The notes under the pieces are model-generated. The model did no database searches. It saw nothing but the letters and a program-made list of their open reading frames with translations, and was not told the DNA's origin. A stretch of 64,000 bases of DNA from contig QPGO01000034.1 of NCBI GenBank assembly GCA_008632985.1, positions 263,311 to 327,310 on the forward strand, given 5' to 3'. Positions within the stretch are counted from its first letter, which is position 1. Each line of letters opens with the position of its first letter. The position numbers and the translations under genes are program-made. The stretch comes from Psammoneis japonica. Taxonomy: Eukaryota. Positions 38,992-50,600 of the stretch are shown piece after piece.

Positions 38992-39685
38992 ACGGTACTG
39001 TACGGTAGTGGCCCTATCGGAGACAGTCGCTCGCGCTGCCTCGTCTTCTTTCAGCATTTTTATTTGATTGATGGTTGTCAATTGATTGCGAATGGCACCA
39101 TCAGTCAGGTGAGTTGAAAATGTGTGTTTCAGTCGTACAGTTGCTGCAAGATCAAACAATGATGAGATTGTGATGCACTTACGAGTGTGGTTGACATTTG
39201 CACAAAACTCTTGATTGCTGCTCACAACATGAGATGATGCATCTCATTTTTCTTTGGATTTTTCAAAAGAAAATGCTGGCAACACAAGCNNNNNNNNNNN
39301 NNNNNNNNNNNNNNNNNNNNNNNNNNNNNNNNNNNNNNNNNNNNNNNNNNNNNNNNNNNNNNNNNNNNNNNNNNNNNNNNNNNNNNNNNNNNNNNNNNNN
39401 NNNNNNNNNNNNNNNNNNNNNNNNNNNNNNNNNNNNNNNNNNNNNNNNNNNNNNNNNNNNNNNNNNNNNNNNNNNNNNNNNNNNNNNNNNNNNNNNNNNN
39501 NNNNNNNNNNNNNNNNNNNNNNNNNNNNNNNNNNNNNNNNNNNNNNNNNNNNNNNNNNNNNNNNNNNNNNNNNNNNNNNNNNNNNNNNNNNNNNNNNNNN
39601 NNNNNNNNNNNNNNNNNNNNNNNNNNNNNNNNNNNNNNNNNNNNNNNNNNNNNNNNNNNNNNNNNNNNNNNNNNNNNNNNNNNNN

Positions 39686-39948
39686 TGGACCAATGGCCGC
39701 TGTCAATTGATCCAATCAACTGCAACTCAAGTGGAGTGCAAAACAATGTTCAAAATCCCTCCATTGAGCATTGAGAGTGATCCATTCAATCAACACTCTG
39801 CACACAAATGGAGAGTTGCTCTGCCGCATGCTTGCAATTTATGAATTTGCTTCACTGCGACAACCAAACTCTTCGTCAGTCCAAATGCTTGCACTCTGGT
39901 CACCATCATCAACCAGCTCTGATGGTCAGCAGTTGGGCATTTCAAACA
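39686..39948 (+). repeat. 5' LTR (partial)
   Basis: Aligns with 43935-44190 (ATTGATCCAAT...GTGGAGTGCAAAA...ATCCCTCCATTGAG...CTGATGGTCAGCAGT...AAACA). Confidence 0.85.
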
Positions 39949-42900
39949 GACTTCCTTTGTGCTGAGTGAGACAAAAGAGGCAACCAATCATCATTGTGTT
40001 TTCTCTGAGACACCTCCTGCTGAGGCCATCACAGGCATTCTTGACTTTGCAGAGATGAAGGCTCACAGTGCAACAAGGTGGTCAAAGAAGCTTGTGGAAA
40101 ATGGCTTTGTCTGCATGCAGGAGAAACTTTTCCAGCTCCTCAAGATTCTCAAAGATGGAGCTGCTGAGAATGGTTGGAATGAAGATGATGACAATCTGGT
40201 GAACACAATCATGTCTGACACCACCAATTTGTTGACACACCGTGGTCAAATCAAAATGGACCTCACCTGTTGACACAAGTGCGTGTGCATCAATCAACTG
40301 ATGAGGCCAGCACAAGATGCAAGGATGCCACACCACCTTGTTGTGAGTGCACTTTCTGAAGAAGGAAAGACCAGAGTTTTGGTCTGGGAAAAGCATCACA
40401 AAATTCTCAAGAATGACAAGACATGTTTGTTGGGAAACCTTCTGTTGAAGGCAACAATCCAAGAAAGTCACCTTGACACCAATGCAACTGCAACAAGCAT
40501 CAGGGTAAAACTTGGCAGCAATCTTGACAAGTGCATTGGCAATGCATTGAGCAACGTCATTGACAAATTCAATTGATGCCACTCCTGAATCAAGCCCTCA
40601 GGTCTCATGGTGAGACAACTGGGGATCTCCAGTTGAGCATGTTCAAGTGACACCTTGCAGCACCCAACAAGACATTTGTCAACTGCATCTGTCACAAACA
40701 CGACAAGCACAATGAAGGAAATGACATGGACCCCAATGAACTCATGAGCCTTGTGGCAAAAAAGCACAAGAAGATGGACCTGGTCAAGATGGAGGAATGG
40801 AGCACACCATCATCCCTTGAAAAGGAAAAGATTTTAGCTCCAGAAGCAAGCTCATTCCAAGCAGGCAAGCTGTGAAAGGATTTGGAGGGTCAAAAACAAT
40901 GGGGTTGTGATGGGCATGTTGATCTGGCAATGGCACAATGATGACAGGATTGCTCACTTGTTCAAGGCCAGCCCAAGATCCCAAACTTGCACTGCGCACA
41001 CCTGACGAGGATGGCAAGGTCCATCTGCCCAGTCCCTGACACTGGGCAAAGACACAAAAGGACTGCAAGCCAGTTGAGGTTGCAGGGGAAAACACAGATT
41101 CCAAGCTGTGCAGCACTCTGTGCTGCTGGAGCCAAAAGCAAACTAAATTTGCACCTCCCCTGAGTCCAGAAACCAACATCGCAATGTTTGATCTTGCTTG
41201 TGGTTGCCAAAAATTCAAGGCCTTCTGTGCCAAATGTGGGGTCAATGACACCACTGAAGATGATGATCCTGTTGCAGTGAACGAGGCAAAAATTGTGAGC
41301 AATGAAGAGGAAGACAATGAGGAAGAAGAGTGTGATGTTTCAGGGTCAGTAAAACACACCTGGGCCTTGAATCCAACCATGCCTCAGGGTCGGATGAGAA
41401 CACTCCAACCACCACTCCATTGAATCTGGGTGGGCCACCTGAGGGCACAAGCAATGATGCTGGTCTGCCCACCCAACTCACAACAGAAAAGGAAGATTGG
41501 CAGAGAGAAGGTGCATCAGCCAACTCATTGAGACACCATGAAAAATGTGGGCACATCTCATTCCGGAAACTGCAAGCAATGGCAGAGGCAGAGCAGGGGG
41601 GTGTCCCAAAGCATTTGGCAAAATGCAATGCACCTGCATGCTTGGTCATGAAAGCAGGTGATGTGATTGCAACAAGAAGGTGCACAATCTACAGAAGCCA
41701 GCTCAATCAGGCCAAGTGGCTGGTGTCAGCAGATCAAATGGCATCATCAACCCTGGGGCTGATTGTGCAGATGGCAAGGTTTCTGACAACCCCAAGCTGA
41801 AATGCAAGTGCACAACAGTGTGTGTCAACCAATGCCCCCACTTCAGCCATGCACATTTGTTGCAAAAGATGGCAAGCATGGAGGAGGAGATGCCAGAAGG
41901 AAAGAAAGCTTTCAAGCTGATGGCAAGAAATTGTGGAGTCAAAGAGCCAACTTGCCATGTGGACAATGGGATGTGTTCAAGGTGAAGCAACAGGTGCAAG
42001 CACATCATGACCAAGGGCAAGGCCTTGCATTTGCAGGCATCAACACACAACACATGAACAGCATCACCAAGCACCACATCCACAAGCTGCAGGAACACTC
42101 CTGCAGCATGCTCATGCATGCCAACAAATGATGGCCTTCAAGCATCACCACCAACTTGTGGCCATGCACTGTCTGAATGGCAAACAATGCAGCCAATGAA
42201 ACACAAAGCTTTGGCAGACGTGGACACCCCATGTGCACACCAAGCAATCAAACAACAAGATTGCAAGGAATTTGTCAAGGCAATGTGCAAAGAGGTTGAG
42301 GCACAAATGAAGAATGGAGACTTTTGCCACAGTTCCAAGATCAATGGCAACTGACAAAAGGAAGTCACTTCCATCTGTGTGGCAGATGAAATGAAAGAGG
42401 TGCATCATGGCCTGCACTGTCAAGAAATGGACAGCAAGATTGAACATGAACAGATCAAGAATGAGAGAAGAGGTTGATTGCAGCCAAAGGTGTGCCCCAG
42501 AAAACTTGATGCATGTGCACCTTCCATGAGTGCATGATTGGTGCACCAAGCAACTGGGCCATGTGTTGGCTTTCCCACAGGCTCCAGCAGAGCATGAGAT
42601 TTGTGCACAGATTCCAAAGGCATTTGAAGTTGATGAAGGAGATTCAAAGGACTTCATGCCACACTTGAGTCAGAATTTGCGCAGACAGAAACAAGCCGGG
42701 TGGGTGTGGAACAAAGAACACCTGGTCAATGAGTTGACAAAAGAGCTGGGCTTTGCACAGCCCCAGGTTGATGAGTGCACACTCCACCAAGGCAAGATGA
42801 TGCACTTGCTGTGTGTTGATGACAGCTTGTCAGCATGACCCGATGAGGAAGAAATTGATCAAATCCTGAGGATTGTCCAAAGGCTGCCAAGCTGGGCATG

Positions 42901-43885
42901 AAGGAAGAGTGAGACATGCAAGACTCCCTTGGTGCTGACATTGAAAGAAAAAGTGACGGCACTGTGCATCTCACACAGCCACACCTCATTGACCAAATGT
43001 TGAAAGAGACCTGGAGGTTGTTGATGGCAATGATGCAAAGCCCAAGGATGCTCCAGCCTCATGCTCAAAATTGTTGTCCAGGCACTCCAGCTCAGAAACT
43101 TTTAGACACTTCAACCACAGATCCATTGTTGGCAAACTGAGTCATCTGGAGAAGGCTGTCACAAGGAGTGTCATTGCTTGCATCATGCACCAATGTGTGC
43201 AATTCATGGCACATCAGAAGAAGGAACATGGTCAAGCACTCAAGTGGTCAGGATGACACCTCAAAGGTGCAAGAGACAGGGGTGCTGTGCTGAAACCTCA
43301 AGAAGGCAAAGACTTGGAAGTGAGTGTTGATGCCATTTTCAGTGTGATGGTTGGGACCCTCAAGAGGCAGCTGCTGATCATGATGCCACCAGGTCCAGAC
43401 ACTTGGACATGTTCTGTGCACTGAATGTCCCATCTTTTAGAACAAATCTCAGCTGCTGCAAACAGAGGGTGCATTGACAGAGGCTGCACTGAGTTTTCAA
43501 TCAAGGAGAGTGTGAACATGCTGGTGTGTTGAGAAGTGCAGCACCTTTCATGTGGAGCTGCTCAAGGAAATGAAGCACAGCAGCTTCTCAGCACCAGTCA
43601 CAGGTTCATCCAAGAACCAAACACTTGAGTGCAAAGTTGCACCACTTCAGAGACCATGTCTCCCAGAGAGACATTTCAGTCCATTCCATTGACACAAAGG
43701 AGCAACTTGCCGATCATCTGCAAAGCCAGTGAATGCAGACATTCTGCTGGTTGTGTCCTGGGATGGCAGGACCCATTCAAAGTCCACTGGGTGTTGAGAG
43801 TGCAATGTCTGAAAGTGCACACTTGAGTTCTGATTTGCCAAATCATGTTCAGGGGCAATGACCCCATGTCCCAAATGAGAGGGAG

Positions 43886-44190
43886 TGTAAAAAAATGACC
43901 TCACACTCAAGTTTACAGAGTTGCAGATGTTGGGCCAACAGCAGCCCCTGTTGATTGATCCAATTGACTGCAATTTGAGTGGAGTGCAAAATTTTCAGCA
44001 TTCAGCATCCAGCATCCCTCCATTGAGTGTTGAGAGTGATCCTTTTAATGCTCTGTGCAAATGGAGAATTGCTCCACTGCATGCTCACAACTTGCGAATT
44101 CACCATGACAATTGAACTCTTTGTGAGCCCAAATGCCCTGGTGAACATCATCAGCCAGTTCTGATGGTCAGCAGTCAGGTGTTCTAAACA
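43886..44190 (+). repeat. 3' LTR, ~305 bp, TG...CA
   Basis: Starts TGT immediately after the polypurine tract and ends AAACA where similarity to the 5' LTR stops. Confidence 0.85.
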
Positions 44191-44787
44191 AGCCCGTAAC
44201 TTCTCACATGAGTGCACTCTGGGCGGGCAGTCCTTCTTGGCCAATGAAAACACACAAGGGTGACAACACAAACCACAGTCAGTGGCAAACAGAACCAGCT
44301 GAAGCCACCCAGTCGGTCATGAGCCAAATCATGGAATTTGCTCTCAGTTAGAAATTAAAATTCAGACAACTCCAGAAAGTAAGAAAACGAAAAAGAGAAA
44401 AGCATGTGTTATTTCGAAAAGTTATGACCCTTCTTTGCAGACTAGATGTGAGTTTTATGGCCAGTGTGGGCCCAACAAGGTTGAACAAATCGTGGCTCAT
44501 TCTAGTTGTTTAGTTGTCCCCCCCCCTCTTGCTATGGCAATCTACAACTCGTTTTCATATTAGTGGACTTCATCCCAACAATCAGCTAATAAGCGACCCG
44601 TTGTGGAGAAGAGAGACGCAACTGAAACGCTTCTAAATGAAAGCCTGAATCTAACAACTCCTGGTCGACTGACTACTTTTGTTACCTACGATACATCTAC
44701 CGTACTTCGTTTAAAGTTATTCACAGACGGTTACGACCGCTGCAAGCACTGAGACACAAAGCTCATCTCGCAGACACTATGGGAGAA

Positions 44788-45799
44788 CTACTTCTTTGGG
44801 TTTCGCCACCAAATCGGCGGCGGCTCATCTGGATCACTTGACGATTCATGCAAACCAACCTTATCCCAATCAACCTTGTCCTCCGGATCATAAAGCGGTG
44901 CTTCGACCTTCTCGACATCGTCATCTTCGTTATGCATGAGGGGGTTTAACTCCTCTTCGTCGTCGCCCTTGTTATCCTGCTTGCGCGCCATGCGAATCTC
45001 CTGATTGGCTCGCAGCTCGTACAGATAAATTGGTAAACCCAGAATCACTTCAACCCATTGAGGCTCCCAGTCAGGCATGGCGTACCCGCACGTTACGATC
45101 CGAACATCTCTGCCATTGAATGTGCGTGTTATGTGAGGCTGAACGCGCTTCAACGCATCCGTGACAAAGTACATTGTCACAACAGTGCCACGTTGAACCA
45201 CGTCGTAAACCTCCTCCTGTTCTAGATTGGCAACTAAAAACTCCATATTGGGAGCTGGATGGCGCTTCGCTAGTCGTTCGCTGGCAATTGCCACCAAATT
45301 TTCATCAATATCAATTCCAATCGACTGTTTGACGGAGAAGGGAGGATCCATCGAGTGAAAATTCAGGCGTCCATCACCAGATCCTAAGTCGACATGAATC
45401 TTTGAGAGCAGAGAGAAGGCATGAACAAGCAGAAGAAACTGATTACAAAACACATTAGCGGAGCCAGCTTCTCCTTACATCGTCTTGCGTTGCGTTGGCA
45501 ACTTCAAGCATTTTTCGGGCAACAGCGTCCGGCACCGGAACCCAAGGACTCAATGATGCTTTCTTCAAGTATTGATCAGAAGTTGCTTCAGCAGAGGCAA
45601 ACGGTGCGGAAAGACCAATAGTTGCGCCGGGTTGCATTGCGCTGTCTTCGTCCCACCTCGTGCTCTTACGCCGTCTTCGTCGAGAGACCTTTCGAGAGGT
45701 GGACTCACAGCGCGTCGCACCGACAGCTACACTTGATTTCAACAATGGTGACAGGAGACGAGGATTGTCCAGCACTATGCGACCGATCCGAGGAAACAT
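44788..45799 (-). CDS. SAM-dependent methyltransferase, FAM173 (ATPSCKMT/ANTKMT)-like, likely mitochondrial; one intron
   Basis: PWVPVPDAVARKMLE, HVDLGSGDGRL, GIDID, TVVTMYF, RIVTCGY; Arg-rich presequence-like N-terminus. Confidence 0.78.
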
Positions 45800-46328
45800 T
45801 GTGATCAGAATAAAGCTTGCCTTTCGGCGATCCTATTGTTGATTGACCTCCTCCAAGCGAGTCAATGAGTATTGCAAAAGAAACGCAACACACTTCAATT
45901 ACAGACCTCCCAAGCCGGGAGTGAGCGAAACCGACAACAACGAGAGGACCGACGCGAGTGTGATGATGGCGCAGAGCGCTCGCGCGCGAGAAAAGAAACG
46001 AGCGCCGGACGCACTGACCGGGAACCGATAGTTAGTTATTTAGTTACCATAGCTACCGGTGTACGGTAGTCTAGAATAGTAGAAGTAGCTACCGTAGCTA
46101 GAGTAGAGAGTCTATGATACGGTATCTTCTATTTTAGAGGCCCTGTAGCTCTTGCTTCGGTCGCTCTTCCTACTGTGCCGGTAGCTCGGTTGAGTTTTTT
46201 TTGTCGATGTCCATGACGGCAAGACATAGGCAAGACGTGTCATTGAGCACACGCGGCGTTACTCCAACTGGATCTATTTTCATTTGTTACATCTCCTACT
46301 GGAATGTGCAGGGCACTCTCGACTCTTT

Positions 46329-47192
46329 TCAACTACGACTCGACTCAGCTCCAAAGTTTCTGCCATGGTGTCTATCCATAATTGACGACAACAAGGCGTG
46401 ATGTCCAGTGTCAAGCTCTATCAATTCACAAAGCTCAGAAACAAACTTCTTCCCCGGACTTCCATTTTGCGGTCTGCTTGAAGATGTGGAATCGAAAGGG
46501 TCCTGATTCACAAAACATGGCCTCGAACAGTTTTCTGACATGGCGCGAAATACTTCATTTTCTTCGTAGCCTCGTGTCTCTGCAATCAATCTGCTAACTT
46601 GGTTGCGCAGCGCTTGGTTCTCCGTTTCTAGTGCGTTAATACGTGCCTCTTGCAAGACAATAGTTTCGCGCATGGCACTGACACTTCGTCTATTATCTTG
46701 TCCTGAATGCGCTTTCCTATGACTGGATGAAGAATGTCGATGGAAAGATGCCGGCGTTGACGCCGGAGCACGGTCGCTGTAGTCAACACAAGGGGTACTA
46801 GAACGAGAGAACATTGTAAATGGTGGCGATTGAATCGGATCAGTGTTTAAGTCCTCCGGACTCCCTGGTGCTTCACGATACGTTCCGGATTCTTTTTTAC
46901 TCGCAAACGAATTTCCGCTGTCACGTCTTTGCGTCGGTTTTGCCTTGGGAGAAGCAACTGGCGGAAGAGCCGCATCCCCCACCTTCGGATTCCCTCTCGT
47001 GGATGCCCTCGATTTTGCAGAAAGACAATCTGTAGACTGATGACTCGAACGTGGAAATCTGCTTCTGCGTGGCGTAAAATCAAAAGGATCACGATTCTGG
47101 CTTCCAGCAGAGTTCGATTTCTCTTGAAAGTACCCCCGCTCATCATTGCTCGAGCGAAGGTAGGAGCGACCGCTCCGAGTTGAAGCCGACAT
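46329..47192 (-). CDS. Hypothetical Ser/Arg-rich protein with a short coiled coil
   Basis: 287 aa ATG-initiated ORF; LQEARINALETENQALRNQV heptad pattern. Confidence 0.65.
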   Translation of the reverse strand: MSASTRSGRSYLRSSNDERGYFQEKSNSAGSQNRDPFDFTPRRSRFPRSSHQSTDCLSAKSRASTRGNPKVGDAALPPVASPKAKPTQRRDSGNSFASKKESGTYREAPGSPEDLNTDPIQSPPFTMFSRSSTPCVDYSDRAPASTPASFHRHSSSSHRKAHSGQDNRRSVSAMRETIVLQEARINALETENQALRNQVSRLIAETRGYEENEVFRAMSENCSRPCFVNQDPFDSTSSSRPQNGSPGKKFVSELCELIELDTGHHALLSSIMDRHHGRNFGAESSRS

Positions 47193-47639
47193 CGAAGTGT
47201 TTAAGTGCTGTGGAAAACTGAAGATTCTTTATTGTAGAGCTGCATCTAAAGCTTAATGTAGAAGACAACCATTTTTCGAGAACAGCCTCTGTCCAATCTC
47301 AAACAGTCAATTTCACGGCCGGTTTCTTTGTCATTGTGCATTGTGGCTTCGCATCGTGCGTGGATCGCGAGACGCGCGTCGCGCGCGAGCGCGCGACTTC
47401 GTACCGATATGATTCTGTCCGTCCGTCCACCCTAAGCGATCATATTATTTTAATTTGTAATCAGTGCTGAATATGATTGTAATGAAATTCAAATTTTCTA
47501 ACGGTCGCGCCAGAAATTCGAATTCGCAAAAACGAAGAACGACAAAACCAACGGTACTTTTGACAAAAACCACAACACAACAACAACACGACACCGGCAG
47601 CACCAGTGTCGACGGTACGAGTCGTTCTATACAGCAGCC

Positions 47640-50600
47640 ATGGCGCGCCACCAGGAGCTGGAGGAAGCAAGGGTATGTGCCAAAGAAGGACTTCGTGCTT
47701 TGCTGGAATTGGAACCAGTCTCCTCTGGCGGAGACCAGAGGGAAGAAGAGTTTCTGCAGGAAGAGCGCTGTCGATTGCTGCTTCGATCTCTGCAGCAGTT
47801 GAAAACCCGTCACGATGGAGATGGCGTGCAGGAGGAGACTCAGGGTGCCCAAGGTCAGTTCATTCGGACGAGTATCAAGGATTACAATAACAAATCCGAG
47901 TCACAGAACGACGAAGAGGAACCCACCTTAAGTATCAGAGATATCATCGAAAACCTACCGTCGACTACGACTTCGAAACTTCCAACCATCCTATCCTCCT
48001 TCCTGTCCCATAGAGTTGATGCATATGCGCTTCTTCCCGCTACACAAGATGATCGCGCGAACGAGGAAGCCATGGGTGCGACGGCGATTACCATCACAAA
48101 GCTTAGCTTGCTTGCAGCACAGGTTTATGTGGAACTGATCGGAATAACAGGAGCGTGGGGAGCTGGTATGATTGAAGTTGGAGCCATTAGCAGTCTGGCT
48201 GCATTAATGCGGAGGTGGTGCGTAGAATGCCGAGGAGGAGATCCGAAGGCGCAACAGAAGGAGGCATCCAAACGAAAGTCTTCGTTTACCAACAAAGCCC
48301 CGCCTATCAAACGGTCTCGAAAAGCGTCCCCCCGAAGAAAGGTTGTTGCTAATATCGACGACTTTTCATCCGATGAAGACGTGACCGACTCGTCCGACGA
48401 GGAAGACATTTCAAGTGTAGTCGATTGTGACGGCGGCTCCTTTTCCACCGAAGATCTCATCGTTGCCGGCCTTCGTGTTGCTCTTGCGCTCAGCGACGTG
48501 CCCTGCCAAAAAGAGTTTATGAATTGGTCTGGGGAAGCCAGAGAAGCATTTGTTGATGCACTGGTTTCTTCTCTCGCCACGGCCTCGGCTCTTGAATTGG
48601 GGAATTTTAAACAAGAACACGCTTCCAACGATAGGGCTGAGTTGTGTGCTCAAGTTCGAGTCTCTATATCCCAGTCACTACAAAACTGGGTAATCACAAG
48701 TGCAGATGAAAGTGTCATTTTGGATTTGGATGCTCAGAGACTCATGACAAACAAGCAACATGATACTTCGGTATACTTGTTGCGCAGTCTTCTACCGGTT
48801 GTTTCGATGCAAAGTGAACTTCCGAATGGCCAACGTGGAAAGCAAGCTGCACATGACGTTGCCTTATCAACTTTGAAAGGCTTTGTTCAAAACGCAGCCT
48901 CTGAAACTTCAAAGTGGTCTCTTAGTACAACGAGCAATAAGAGAGCGTCTTCGTCAACAACTCCAAAGTCTGCATCTAACTTGGGTCGCAGAAACGGGCA
49001 CTCTTCGGGTCATGATGTTGCTACTCCTCGCACAAGCAGAAAGAAACGAGTTTCTTTTGGAGGTACAAATGGAGACAGTGTGTTACCTCCAACACTGAAG
49101 AAATCGGTTACGCCTAGGACAAGACTTTCCCATATGTCTATTGGAGATTCGACGCCGAACGCTAACGTACAACAGCCGCGCCCGATACTCAGTGCGGTAC
49201 TTGGACTGCTCCAGAAACTCAGTACTTGGAAAGGCTTGGAGCGTGCAAATGATCGGGCACGCGTTATTTCAACGCTGCTGCTTTGCCTTCCGCTGCTACC
49301 TTTCAGTGAACGATCGCATTTTCTCAAATTCGTCATTCAGCTTTGCCACTCCAAGATCTCGGTGCATCGACTGGTGGGTTCTGAGTTAGTTGGGAAAATT
49401 CTAACTGAAAAGTGGCTGTGGGTACACCACGCAGGAACTCATCGTTCCTCGCCAAGCGCCGTTTGGAGTAATGCAAAGACGCCCGCTACCCGGCGAGGAT
49501 CGCTATCTCCGCTGGTGAAGAGCAGTGAAGAAAATATGCCTCTCGCTCTCATCGGTGCGCTTCACGGACGGCTTACCGATAGAGCACCTGCTGTCAGAGC
49601 GCGTTCTGCCTTTTCTCTTTCGGAAACTCTTTACAAGTTTTCAAATGGAGAGGTCGACATTGAATCAGGAGACGATTCTTGGTCGGCATTTGAGCAAGCT
49701 ATTGGAGCTGTTGGAAGTGACATGCTGGTTTGTTTGCGAACCAGGGCAGCTCGCGATGAAAGAGCAACAGTAAAAAAGGCGGCCATTTCTGGCTTGGTTG
49801 AGCTTTTAGTGTTGGGCGAAACATTTGCGTTTTCAAATGTTCGCAGTATTTGTATTTCGGAGATTGACGTATCGATATTGAGGACACTTTGTGGTAATCA
49901 ATTCGTGGCTACAAGGAAAGCTGCTGCGGACGCTATTACGGCTCTTCTACAAAGATGCTACTACAATGGTCACTGCTCCATTGAAGCGGCAGTTGGACTA
50001 GAGCATGCATGGTCAAGTGCCGTCCTCCCTCTTGCGCAAGACGTAGAGGTCTCATGTGCCGGGAAAGTCATGAGCTTGTTCTCTTCAGTCGTACTAAATC
50101 CGCTGATCGAGGTAGGCGGCTATGAGACTGAATGGGATAGCGAGTCCCAGAAACGTCGGTACATGTCAGCTTGGAGAATTCTGGCTCATGCGAGCGAAAG
50201 CTCTCGACAACAGGGAGCTTCACGAGGAGAGTCGGGATCACTTCGTGCGGTGTTGAAGAAGCAGTTATCAGAGTCCGGGGATGATGAAAAGAAACTCATG
50301 AAGGCGCTGTTAAAGGAAATTCGTCGTAATGCCATCAGTACCCTTGAGATTGAGGATGAAATCACAGCAGATTTGGTACCCTCGATTTTTGGGGATGACG
50401 TTGAGGCTCAAAGAATTGGTGTGTGGTGCTTGTTCGATGCTTTTGTTGACGTTCAAATGAAGGATCTTTCAAAGCTTTCTTACGTCGTCAAGAGAAACAA
50501 GGTTGATATGGATTTCCTCGTGTCATCCTGGGAAACACTACTTCAACTCGCTGTTTCTCCGAAAACCCCGGCTCATGCCATTTCTTCTCTACAGGAATCG

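Larger units (their letters stand above)
39686..44190 (+). mobile_element. Decayed Ty1/Copia LTR retrotransposon (diatom CoDi-like); 5' LTR truncated by an assembly gap
   Basis: Gag ESHLDTNATATSIR; VKGFGG; GAG-pre-integrase HEKCGHISFRKLQ; integrase VSADQ, CHVDNG and FAGIN; RT LPSVWQMK, LAFPQA, QKQAGWVWN, LCVDD; RNase H-like VSVDA; order INT-RT-RH; polypurine tract GAGAGGGAG at 43877-43885. Confidence 0.92.

Noticed and set aside
8055..39685. ORFs running through N tracts (8055-8528 and 39290-39685)
   Set aside because: Assembly gaps; the apparent continuity is not evidence.
21850..44340. Classical fungal RIP as the cause of the repeat composition
   Set aside because: RIP raises TpA and lowers CpA/TpG; the opposite is seen here.
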